A stretch of 63,804 bases of DNA, counting the filler, from Atractiella rhizophila (Eukaryota): assembly GCA_021432655.1 (NCBI GenBank). It is 9 parts of 9 records of this genome, joined end to end, with 100 filler letters (N's around TTAATTAATTAA, not from the genome) between each part and the next. Parts side by side here need not be neighbours in the genome. Positions count along the whole stretch, not along the records: positions 20,434 to 30,503 come from MU272088.1; positions 30,604 to 34,888 come from MU272089.1; positions 34,989 to 45,036 come from MU272090.1; 6 more parts are not named here. One strand, given 5' to 3'. The position numbers and the translations under genes were made by a program. The notes beneath the pieces are model-generated. The model had not been told where the DNA came from, did not search any database, and saw only the letters and a program-made list of their open reading frames with translations. Positions 26,059 to 37,695 of this stretch are shown one piece after another. The stretch's first letter is position 1. Each line of letters begins with the position of its first letter.

Positions 26059-28553
26059 TCATCGCCATGGATTGTCCGTGTCATCCTCCGGGGTGACTAC
26101 CCTTGTCCATTCCGGACGCTCAACTTCCCTCGTCAGTTTGTCTCCTTGCGCCAAGACATCTTTCCCTTTCCTCTCCTCTGAATTTGGATCTTCCACAACC
26201 ACTTCTTCAGCTTTTGTCGCATCCTTGGGGTCCGTCAACTTAGCTGGGAGGAGGGAATGGCTTGGACGCTGTCCTTCTCTGATGCTGTCACCACCACTGC
26301 CGCGTCGATCCGCAATATCATCTGGCGTCCCTGGAACAGAAGTCGATGGAGAGTTGGAGGGTGAGAAGTCTGGGATATACTTGCGTCTGAAAATCTTCTT
26401 TCTTGATCGGAATGTTGGCTCTCCTTTTAGACGTTCTCGAACCATCTCATCGTCCTCAGCTTCTTGGTCCTCCACCAAAATGTCAACGCAGTCCTCCGGT
26501 AGTTCATCCTCCGCCTTGTCCTTCTTTGGTTTGGTTGCGTCATCTAGGTCTGCCTCAACCTCTTCATCGATCACAAACTTGCCCGGTTCCGTTTCGACTT
26601 CTTCAACGCTCGAAGCGTCCGCCAAACGACCATAAGAGGAATTTTCTCGCTTCCCGTTGTTGACATCTTTCCGTAATCGATGATCTTTACTGAGCCAGGA
26701 AGGAGCGAAGGATTCTTGAGGCATGCGAGAAGAGCCGATTTGTTCGCCATATATCGCACGCTCCTCGTCTTCAAACATCTTTCGACGTGCCTCTTCCTTC
26801 GACGCATCAACGCATGGGTAATTGTAATCTCCAAACCTGTCCATCCACGCATCAATGTACACTCTTGCAAGCAGCCAAACTGAACAACACACTCAAGAGC
26901 TCTCGAACTCCTATAGGTCTCTTCTTCCTCCTCATCCACACCTTCAAATTCCAGGCTCTCTTCAGTTTCCTCATCGCTATCCCTCTCCCTCTCATCCAAA
27001 TCGCCCACCAAATCAGTCGTTATCCCATTCATGCCCTCTCCAACCCTCCTGCGTCTGTCATTCGGATCTCGATGCCAGACCTCTTGCTCCTGTTCTTGAC
27101 TTAGAGGAGCATATCCTCCCCTCTGGCGCTCGCGCTCCGCCATCGTATCCGTCAGTCCCGTTATTGGTCGCCCAATAACTTTTGATAGCCATCTTCTTTT
27201 TGATGTTCCGACTCCGTCCCCTCCACCAGGCATGGGCATCCAATATTTCTTCGTCCCTCCTTCAGCATATCTCAATCCAGCTCTGATTCGCCTCTCTCGC
27301 CCTGGTCCAACGTGCACGCCGCCTTCGACAGGTTCAAATGTACGATAGGAGAACCCTGTACCTTTGAGTGCTGTAATGGAGTCGTTTAGCACATCTTTGT
27401 ATCCGAGGAGTGAGTCGCGAAGAGCAAAGGAGAAGGGGAGCCGGCCGGAATAAAGGGCGTTTTGAGGGATGTAGTCTGTGTGGGAGAAGGCGTAGAGGTG
27501 GAGAACGGCAAAGAAAGGCATTTCGAAGCACATCAGCGTGTCCGTTGCTGCCAGGCCTAGCGTCTCAGAAGTGTGATTGGCTGTCGCGTATATTAATCCC
27601 TGTGCGACGAGCGAAAAGAGACAGCGACGTACGGGAAGTCACAATTCCCGCCGCAACGAGAAGGGAGATGAACAACCCTTGCCAGAAAGAGAAGAAAATA
27701 ATTCCTTTGACACAGAGAAACTTTGGCACAGGCCTGGCCCACAGTTAGTAATTCTCCAGCTTGTATGGATAGGTCAGCTTACCGGAAGGGTCGCAAATCG
27801 GAATTGGTAGCTGCCCAGAAAATTCCCAAGCAGTATAAACTCAAGCAAACGCTATAGGCGAATTAGCTACAATTATAGAACATGGAAATGAGGCTGAATT
27901 CACCTGAAATTGTACACGATAGATACATAGGTGTATCCGCTGTTCGCCGTAAAGTTTCCATCCTGATAAGTGCCTGTAGCCTTGAGAATCATTGTGACGG
28001 CTGCGAGTACTGGCTTGAGGTGGACATATTGCAGTATACCTCTCTTCAAAGCTAGAAAGGTGTATGGATCGGAAGCGTCCATTGGTGGTAAACAGATGGA
28101 TATAGGCCACGGATGACGTATTGGAGGTCTTGAATGGAGGAGGAGAAGAAGGGATCGTTCACCGCCTAAATACTCGACGAGGAGTGTGAAGAAACAATAT
28201 ATAACGAAGGCTTCGTAGACGTCTCGTATTGCGTCCAGGTAGAAAGCGATATCGAGCGAATAAAGCGAAATGAGACTCGACAACGCGTAGATCGGCACCC
28301 TTTGCCCAGCACACGACCAGTTACAACCTGTTCCTCTGCCTCAAAACAGGACTTACATAACCAATATCCGCACAACAAACCGCTGAAGCATCACTTTTCT
28401 ATAATTCTTGAGCTGTAGCCATATTGTATATATGCTTAGAATTGTCGCAAATAGAGAGGAGAATGTCGAAAGCGTCAAGATGAGAGGCGGTAAGTGCTCC
28501 CCAGAACCACCTCCACCATCGGACTCTGGGACATCGCGTACATGGTAAATCAT
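26059..28553 (-). CDS. Organic solute transporter OST-alpha / TMEM184 (DUF300) family
   Basis: IWLQLKNYRK.MLQRFVVRILVM|VPIYA; DAIRDVYEAFVIYCFF.LL.EYLGGERSL; LKRGILQYV; CFEMPFFAVLHLYAFSH.DY; long acidic C-tail. Confidence 0.93.
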
Positions 28554-29177
28554 TGGAGAGCTGCTGAGAGCGAAAACCGTGACAGGAAAAGCAGCAAGGT
28601 CTTTATGACCTCGACGTCCGATGACGCTGCGGTGGAACACGCCTGGTGAGTCAGAGGCTGGGTGTTGTAACTTTATCTTGCAGCGACTCATTCTCTCATC
28701 TCCAAACATTCGGATTTCCAAACCCAAAGCTTCTGGCATATAAGAACTCTTCGAAACCGACAAATTGCTGTCAACATCCTAGGAATGTGCATTTATCGAA
28801 CCAAGATGGCGATAGGGTCAGCAAAAACCACAGAGAGTGGACCTTCCAAACTCTTCCTCCTCTTCACGAATGATGACCGCCATCCCATCTACCCAGAGCT
28901 CTGTCACATCCTTCTAACGCGAGATGCTAACTTTCACACAGATTGCCCTTCGTTGCACATGTCATTTCTGGGCTTCCATTGTCTTCGCATACGACATCTT
29001 GCCAGGCATTCTTTGATGGACGTCTGGCTCGAAGCTCAGAAGCGGAGAGGTGCTGGAATCGAAATGTGCAGTTATGTCAGACGACGAGTCGTGAAGAAAG
29101 CTGAAGAGGTACCACGTCCCAAGTGAGAGCGACAAACCTACCCGCTAACAGGGTACCGGAGAAGCTCATGACACTAT

Positions 29178-29294
29178 TGTAGGACCTCGAATGTTCGGCA
29201 GGACGAAACAAAGAGATGGTTGATTAGGGCTTACGGTTCTCTCAACTTCTAAAGCATCACGCAAAGTTAAGTAAGACTTAGAAACCCTTATACA
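29178..29294 (-). repeat. Candidate short 3' LTR (117 bp, TGTA...TACA)
   Basis: Just downstream of the pol stop, the minus strand runs TGTATAAGGG...GTCCTACA. No clear polypurine tract, and no second copy in the window. Confidence 0.3.
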
Positions 29295-29321
29295 TTATTT
29301 GTTAGCAGGCTGAGGTATCCT

Positions 29322-30503
29322 TCAGATCCTGAAGTCCTCGAGATGCTGAGGAGGGCGAGCAAGTCGTCCCGAGCGCAAAGGAACCGAAGAGGAGGTTCGT
29401 GGTCGTGGATGATTGTCGTGTACGATGGGGGGAGCAGGACGTGGCTGTCTAGCCCTTCGAGGCAAAGGTACTGGTGGTGGACGAGGAGGTGGTGGAGGTG
29501 GGCGAGTCCGCAAGGTCCTAGTTGAAGGTGGAGGGCGTTGGCGAGTCCGTGCAACAGAGCGTGCGATCGGAGGGGGTTGAGGAGTGGAAGGAAGCGGAGG
29601 AGGCGTAGGCACTCGTGGAATGGGGGGAGGAGTCCAGACACGAGGTGGTTGAGGAGAGATAGGTCGAGGAGGGGCGATTGGTCGAGAGTGGAAGTCTTGA
29701 GCAGCTTGATCTTGAGTTTGTAGTCGTTGTGTCGAGTACCAGAGGTCCGGATTTGTAATAGAATGTTTCGTTCTAAAAAATTTTAGCTTTTTTCCGTTGA
29801 CGAGCGTCCTCAACACATAGCCGTGTGTTGTCTCCAGCTGGTAAGCCCCATTATCCGACATCCCCTTAATCTTGAAGGGTCCATCCCATTTAGGCTGCAA
29901 CTTGTTAGCACGCCTATCGTTCCACCTAAGTACCAAATCCCCAATAACAAAACCTTGGTCGGCATAGGTTTCGTCTCGATCCTGCGCTCGTCGTTCTCGA
30001 ATGTCATAGGCTCGTTGGGCGGCTTGGGCTCGAATATCTGTGAGGTCGTGGACGTACGCGTTCCGTCGATATTGATAGCGTTGTACCTCGTCGTTGGTAG
30101 GAGGAGCAAGGAGGGATTGGAGAGGTCGATCAGAGGGCAAGATGGGATCTTGACCGAAATTGAGGAAAAAGGGCGAATGTCCAAACGTCCTCGTCTTATT
30201 AGCTCGAACCGCCAAGAGAGCGTCGCCAACGAATTCGTCCCATTTATCTTGATTTCGTGGTGAGCAGAGTCGAGCAATTACTCCTACAAACGTTTGGTGG
30301 AATCTTTCGATTCGTCCGTTGGTCTGTGGATGGTAGGGCGTCGTTTTCAAGTGTTGGATTCCTAAGCGGTGTAGGGTGGTTTGGAAGTACATCCCTAAGA
30401 ACTGAAGGCCATTGTCGGTGAGGATTCGACTGGGTTTACCTCTTTCCTGTACAATTAGCTTCACCATCTGGACTGCAGATTCCTCGTCGCATCTTGGAAG
30501 AGC
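29322..30503 (-). mobile_element. Ty3/Gypsy LTR-retrotransposon pol, integrase core and C-terminus (5'-truncated)
   Basis: ILTDNGLQF, TTPYHPQTNGRIERFH (DDE core), SPFFLNFG, KLQPKWDGPF (GPY/F), then a poly-Pro tail. Intronless. Confidence 0.95.
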
Positions 30504-30603
30504 NNNNNNNNNNNNNNNNNNNNNNNNNNNNNNNNNNNNNNNNNNNNTTAATTAATTAANNNNNNNNNNNNNNNNNNNNNNNNNNNNNNNNNNNNNNNNN
30601 NNN

Positions 30604-31532
30604 GAGCAGCAGCACATTGGACAAGCTTGCGTATTTCGGACGAGGGCGATACTTTCAGAGATACAAGAACAAGCGACTTGATTTCTGCAATGGCGAGAAT
30701 GACTAGTCTCCAGCTTTCTGGATGGTTCTCTGGTGCTTCCTCACAAATCCTGACCTCCGTGCTCAAATTGCGAAACCTTACATGGATTGACCTAACAAAC
30801 TGCCTTTCGGATTTTGTTTTCTCTTTCCTCTCATACACCGAATCGCACCAAGTCATCAAGGAAGTCGTTGTGGCCAAAGTAATCCCTTCGAATTGTGGGG
30901 TACCTCGACCGCGACCGTTTAAATCGCTGCAAAGACTTTTTCTCCGGCAGGTTAAGGACCGATATCCCTTTGTCAAAGATCTCATCCACCAGGAGAAGGT
31001 AGAAAAGCTGATCGTCACCAACTGTTGGCCTTTTATTGATTTCGACTCTTTCTCGCAAGAGCCGTCGATTAAACGAGTAGAACTACTCCACCTCACACTA
31101 TTGCCTGCAATCGACGAGGAGAAGACATTTGAGCATTTTGGAGCCTACAAGATGATTCGGCCGTTGGATATCAGCCAACTCAAGAGTCTCACTGACTTGA
31201 CGCTCGATGGGGGAGAAGAGGCGGCCGGATTGCTGCCCACCAACTTTTTTTCATCCTTCCTGGAGACTGGCACAGATTTAAAACTTTCGTACCTGTCCCT
31301 AAATTATTGCTCCCTTTCCTTCGAGAATTTTGTCAATTTCCTCGACTGGATGTTCAGAGCAAAGTCTTCTCCACGAACCGTGACTCTGACATTACTCTTC
31401 GGAGAATGGTCCGAGGAAGAATTGGAACGAGTACGGAGGTACACGAGGAATTCAGAGTGGCAAGAGTCGCATAGTCTAGAGTTATTTGAGAGTGGTTCGA
31501 CAGTGGCAAGGAAGAACCGTAGTTTATGGTAG
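30604..31532 (+). CDS. RNI-like / LRR (probable F-box-LRR) protein, 5'-truncated
   Basis: Long intronless ORF with recurring LxxLxL units (MTSLQLSGW, LRNLTWIDL, LQRLFL, LTDLTLDG, LSYLSLNY). Confidence 0.6.
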
Positions 31533-32082
31533 CATCGGTTGAAAGTACATGTTCATATCCATGCGTTTATGTTATGCTGGCCTTTTGTGTGGAAGTTATG
31601 TGTGCTTCCTCGTGCGAACGTTTTCCCGCCCACGTCGTTCCAAGCACGATTTGATATCAGTACGGGTCGGCCAAACTAAGAAGCTACTTAGACTGATTCA
31701 ACATAGACAATAGTTAGCGCAAATTCACTTGAAAATCAGCTCTGGTGCACCATGCGAGCGATATTGCAGTGTAACAACAGCTCTAGGTGCACCAATAATA
31801 ATTGCATGATGCACGTCTGAATAATTTCACCTTCGAAGCTGAATAAGAGTACCAAATTTGTTCTTTAGCTCTAAAATCTGCAGCTTCTTGCTTGCAATCG
31901 TGGCATGGAGAGTTGTACTTAAACAGCGACAATTGTACGCCGCGGTCGATTGATCCCTATCAAAACAATACCAGTATCAAAACAAAATTTGAAGAGAAAT
32001 AGGCATGTGCCTCCTCAAGGACCTGTTCTCAAGGCTTGTGTTCATTAACCAGACCAATCACAGCGACTTGGTTAATTCCCTC

Positions 32083-32638
32083 TCATTCAATATCCAGTAA
32101 TTCCAGCAGAGTCATCAACCTGTTTGCCTCTCCCAACATCGTAGAAATCATGTAAGTACCTCTTTGTTTCTCCCAAGTACACTTGTCCATCACCACGAAG
32201 AACACCACAGGCGTGAATTTTCTTGACCGCAGCCACGAGATCTAGTCTCTGACCCAATCATGATCTGTGGCATTTTGCTGTGACCTTGGGTACAGACCTC
32301 CTTTGCAGCGTAACAGCCTGCGCATCAGCTGGCATTTCGAAGTCCTTCCAAAATTCCATCACGATCAATCCCCTATCTTCATGGTAGATGTAAACGCCAT
32401 AAACCTTGGGAACCCCCCCCCCCATGGCGATCAAAAAGGCGATATGCTGTGGACTCGCGTTCAAAATGGGCTCGTTTCTTCTGTTAAAGTACTTGACGTC
32501 GACCGTCGCTCTCCAATGTTCCGCCGAGGCCACCAGCAAGAAATCACCAACTTCGAGTTGAGTAGGGAAACCTCCAAGAGGAATGCAGCGTTGACTGATC
32601 CAAATGGTTTCAATTGGAAGAGGCGCTGAAGATAGCAT
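32083..32638 (-). pseudogene. Degenerate protein-kinase-like gene
   Basis: VPKVYGVY...GLIVMEF, then LVAAVKKIHACGVLRGD (HGD changed to RGD) and YLHDF in a different frame; no clean continuous model. Confidence 0.45.
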
Positions 32639-34241
32639 GATACTAGAAATTTAGCCGTGCTTATTCCGTGAAAGGTAGAATCGGGAACATGTTAGTTTGA
32701 AGGGTCAGGACTTAAATTGTAAGGCGAATGAGAGGTATATGGTTGTGCTGAAGCCTCCGCCGGTATTCCAATCGTTTCTGGTGAGAAGACTCGCGCAGGG
32801 ATGGGCAGAACGAGACTGTCTTCCCATGGATGGATGGAAAGGTCATTTCATAGGGAGAGCCCAAACAGCAACTTGAGAAAAGGTGTATTTACGAGGTGAT
32901 AGATATCGGAGCAAGTGAGATAGAACCGGGCGTTTGTTTCTTCATCTTGAAGGCTGCACCTCTCGGAGACTATGCCTTGCGACTGTCGAACAGTAAGGCA
33001 AATCTAGTTTCACGTGGATCAGCTTTGCGCCGAGTTAAATAAGGGAAAGAGAAGGGAGACAATCTCTGGACTGATGATACCGACGTTAAACATGATGAGC
33101 CTTTCATCTTTCTCTCCAAATTCAGCAATCTTCAATGCAGTTCCTCGGTTATTGGCGCTACGAGCCAGGTCGAATGACCTTCGACGCATCGCACTCGAAA
33201 ACGGTGTGGACTTGAACTCGGTAATGTATTTTGGATGTGTGCGAATTGATGGGAAGCACAATATTCTNNNNNNNNNNNNNNNNNNNNNNNNNNNNNNNNN
33301 NNNNNNNNNNNNNNNNNNNNNNNNNNNNNNNNNNNNNNNNNNNNNNNNNNNNNNNNNNNNNNNNNNNNNNNNNNNNNNNNNNNNNNNNNNNNNNNNNNNN
33401 NNNNNNNNNNNNNNNNNNNNNNNNNNNNNNNNNNNNNNNNNNNNNNNNNNNNNNNNNNNNNNNNNNNNNNNNNNNNNNNNNNNNNNNNNNNNNNNNNNNN
33501 NNNNNNNNNNNNNNNNNNNNNNNNNNNNNNNNNNNNNNNNNNNNNNNNNNNNNNNNNNNNNNNNNNNNNNNNNNNNNNNNNNNNNNNNNNNNNNNNNNNN
33601 NNNNNNNNNNNNNNNNNNNNNNNNNNNNNNNNNNNNNNNNNNNNNNNNNNNNNNNNNNNNNNNNNNNNNNNNNNNNNNNNNNNNNNNNNNNNNNNNNNNN
33701 NNNNNNNNNNNNNNNNNNNNNNNNNNNNNNNNNNNNNNNNNNNNNNNNNNNNNNNNNNNNNNNNNNNNNNNNNNNNNNNNNNNNNNNNNNNNNNNNNNNN
33801 NNNNNNNNNNNNNNNNNNNNNNNNNNNNNNNNNNNNNNNNNNNNNNNNNNNNNNNNNNNNNNNNNNNNNNNNNNNNNNNNNNNNNNNNNNNNNNNNNNNN
33901 NNNNNNNNNNNNNNNNNNNNNNNNNNNNNNNNNNNNNNNNNNNNNNNNNNNNNNNNNNNNNNNNNNNNNNNNNNNNNNNNNNNNNNNNNNNNNNNNNNNN
34001 NNNNNNNNNNNNNNNNNNNNNNNNNNNNNNNNNNNNNNNNNNNNNNNNNNNNNCTGGGAGAGTACATTGTAAGCAAAAGATATCCCTCTTCCGACCCACT
34101 TCCGTTTCTGTTCCCCTTCTCGCTTGCTTCTTTTGTTATCGTATTAGGCCACTTTTGCCGCTTGCCCAGTTGCTGCTCAGCATCGAGAGTCGGATCCATC
34201 ACGCTTGCTGTAGCTCCAAGCGACGTACCCGCGGACTGACG

Positions 34242-34888
34242 ATGTGCTCCCCTTTCCAGGCCTTTGCCCAGTGCATGCCCCTTCGCCATGGCCTCCGCCT
34301 CCACTCCACCTTCACCAGATTCACCCGCCCGCGGTCTCACTTCTTCACGCCCACGCGGCGCCTGCACTCCCTCCCTCCGCCGCCGCCCGCCCCGCCAAAG
34401 TTCCTGCACAGGCACCTCTACGTGACCTCTGCGCTCACGCTCAGCATCGTGCTCGTCGGTGGCCTAACGAGGCTCACAGAGAGCGGGCTGAGCATCACAG
34501 AGTGGAATCTCGTCACGGGGACCCTGCCGCCGATAGGCGCAAAAGCGTGGCAGGAGGAGTTCGAAAAGTACAAGGGTACGCCAGAGTTTGAGATTCTCAA
34601 CAAATGGATGGGAGTGGACGATTTCAAGCGTATTTATTACATGGAGTGGGGGCATCGATTGCTGGGACGAGTGATCGGACTCACCTTTCTTCTCCCGCTT
34701 CCTTTTTACCTCAGACACCCTTACTTCACATCGTCTGCCGCACGATTTCGAAGAAATTTCCTGCCGCTCTTAGGCATCGGCGCGTTGATAGGAGCTCAAG
34801 GCGCTCTCGGATGGTACATGGTCAAATCCGGCCTGACATACGACGACCTTCGAACCGCCAATCCGTCCAATCCCACACCTCGCGTTTC
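34242..34888 (+). CDS. COX15: Heme A synthase, 3'-truncated
   Basis: GGLTRLTESGLSITEW, FEKYKGTPEF, FKRIYYMEWGHRLLGR.IG, QGALGWYMVKSGL; Arg/Ser-rich mitochondrial presequence. Confidence 0.96.
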
Positions 34889-35120
34889 NNNNNNNNNNNN
34901 NNNNNNNNNNNNNNNNNNNNNNNNNNNNNNNNTTAATTAATTAANNNNNNNNNNNNNNNNNNNNNNNNNNNNNNNNNNNNNNNNNNNNCTCAGCTCGCTT
35001 GCCCTTGGTTTGTTGTTCTCCTCTACAAATCATGGGGCATTACGTTTTAAAGTCTATGAGCTACAGCTAATATTCATCACCAATACTAGCGCATAACTTT
35101 ATTGGAATCCTGCGCCGTCA

Positions 35121-36708
35121 TTAGAGAGCTTCTAAAAAGCCTTTTACTTCACCCGCTAACAAATCAGGTTCCTCCATCCTGAGCTCTATGTCAGCCTTTC
35201 TCTTCAGATGTTGGAGAGAAAAATCATTTACCCAAGAAAATGACCACCTGTTTTCAATACCTTATAGTCGCGCAAATCTTTAATCTCATTGCTTTCCAGA
35301 AGCTTTCTGCTCGGCCACTGAATCTCCCAATAACCGCAGGAGAAAGCCAGTGGCTGCGTTATAGGATCATTCCTTACCAGCTCGAAGTCTCCTGGAGGTG
35401 AATGCCTCCGGATGTAGTAGAACCAAAAAGAAGAAGTGATGCAACAGGTGAAGTGGTAGAGCAGAATGCAGGAGAGGATATGCGATCGCGAGAGTTTCGT
35501 TTCTGGTGGGCTCCAGCGGTAAAATTTCTCGCTCACGTAGGCTATCAAAGCAAGAGGATCAAGTGAAAGAGCTGCACCAATCGTCTTGAGAAGCGTGAGA
35601 TAACACTCCAAAGTAAGGAAGATGAATGTACATATGGGGCAGTCCCTATTGCGACAGGTGAGATATACTCGTGCCGGTGAAATGGCAATGTACTCACCCT
35701 GTAGTTGACCGTAACCAGCGCCTAGTTCGAAAAACTTGTACATTTGCTCCACTCCTCTTTTTTCCAGATCCGGCATCTCGTCAATGTCGCTCTTTGAGAG
35801 CTGCTTATGCCAATGGTCACCGCCATCGTACATGTTCAAATCTGTCACAAACATAGAAACATGAGATTCGTCATTTTGAGTAGAGGAACAATGCTATACG
35901 AAGAGCCTTGACTCGATTTGGATAGATTTGAGCGAGTCGACGGCACACACTGCTTCCCCAATCACCTGCCAATGCAATTGTGTCATCAAGCAAGTACGAT
36001 GCTGAAACATTCGAGGGCTCACCCCCTTGAACGTAGTACTCGTTAATTCCCAAGCTGTGCGCAGTAGCATCGAGCAGGACAGCAGCTTTAGTGAAGGTGA
36101 AGCTCAAAGGGTTTGCTTTTGGTCCGCTCGAGAACGTATACCCTACCTCATCAACGATAATTCGTGAATGGCGAGCAGGTGAGAAGATTTGAATGCGTAC
36201 CCGGAAGTGATGGCACCAAGACATTATAAGTACTCTGAAGCGATTTGGCAAAGTTGCTCATTTCGAAAAAACACCCCTGTTGATCAAATTAGGTTCAACA
36301 CGCAAAATGAATGAACTCCTTGCTCACTGGCCAACCATGGATGACCATGATAGTCTTTGCATCTTTCTTTTCGCTCTTGAGCCATACAAAGTGAACGGTC
36401 ATGATCCCTTCATCTTCGATGCCATCAACATCGATCAAGTAATGTTCTCCCATCGCATTCATCGCCTCTTCCTCCTTTCGCCAATCATAATCGTTTTTGA
36501 GCGTCTCAAAGAGGCTCTGAAGAATCGTAGGGGGAATGCCGTAGTCAAAATTGTGAGTTTCGGAGGGAGATGAAAGTGCTAGGATGGACGAAGTGTACGC
36601 CTCCAAAGAAGCTGAACTGACCCTGGCATGCAGGTCGTCGACCTGTGATTGAGGGATGGATACTTTGAAAGGTTTCGGGGCGGAAATTTTTAGCGAGTCT
36701 GCATACAT
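35121..36708 (-). CDS. Microsomal-type epoxide hydrolase (EHN + alpha/beta hydrolase)
   Basis: PKPFKVSIP; YDWRKEE; IHGWP; YYVQG|GDWGS nucleophile; GYGQLQ; EKFYRWS; GGHF|GMEEP. Confidence 0.92.
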
Positions 36709-37695
36709 GTTTGACTGCTGGTTGAGATTGAGCAGTAGACAGGCGAACTCAGGACTGCAGCTACACACTATGGCTCCCCCTAACCCTTTTTATGGGGCAC
36801 CTGAGTTGGTAAGCAGAACAGTCGCGTCGCCTAGTCGCGAATGCAGTCATAGACAGAGTAGGTAGATCACGGATAAATGTTCGCCGTTTGACGCATTCTT
36901 GACGCGTTTGAACACGATTTCGACAAGTCGAGAGCGAATTGCTTATTCACGTCAGACAAAAACTCCTTGCGACAGCCTGTGAGTACTGTAACGCCTCGAA
37001 TGATTAGACGCTATGACTTCATTCCGTGCTCATTACTCTTTCGTTCAGAAGAGGTTGAGCGACACCAAAGTTGTTGTTTCAGCGCTGCTTTGCGCCGGCA
37101 ACCGAATGCTAATGTGCAATCATGATGTGAATGTGAGCGATACGTCAATCAACGCGACAGAGTGAAGATGCTGTTTTGGAAGGTCAGCCTCAGCCTCAGC
37201 AACATTGTGTTTCAACTTGCTCTTCCAGCGCAACTAGTCTCTCATCCGGTTTCTCCATCTTAACGAATATGGCAGAGGCTTACCTCTTCCTCCAAAAAGT
37301 CATACAAATACAATACAAACATGCTTTTGCATGTGGGGCTGCTATCACGTGTCGATTTTTGACAACAACTTGATCTCAGTACCTACCTAGCGTTCAGCAA
37401 TCAATCTCATGAACGTCCTCAGGAGTTCCGAGCTGAGAGACTCCCAGCCAACTTACGCTATTGTGCAGTCCGATGACCATTCCCCCTGCAGTTGCTCGAT
37501 CCGGCGACCCCTTATCGTTACATATCGGGCATAAACCGGGAGCCTTTCAACTTCACGTCACTCATTCCACTCCGTATAAAAACAGAACCGATGTCCTTGA
37601 CATCCCCTCCTTTCCATCAAAAACGACCAACATCTTACTTATCTGCAAGTCATCCATCGTGCGATAGTTGCCTGGTACTATAAAATCGGGTTAAC

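Noticed and set aside
26072..26635. 187-aa Ser-rich plus-strand ORF
   Set aside because: Antisense shadow of the acidic TMEM184 tail.
32900..33267. QLCAEL...FGCV fragment resembling fungal PD-(D/E)XK-type proteins
   Set aside because: Too short, interrupted, and cut by the gap.
33132..34940. Long ORFs of 313-569 aa spanning the N gap
   Set aside because: They are open only because N codons contain no stops. Only the COX15 part is supportable.
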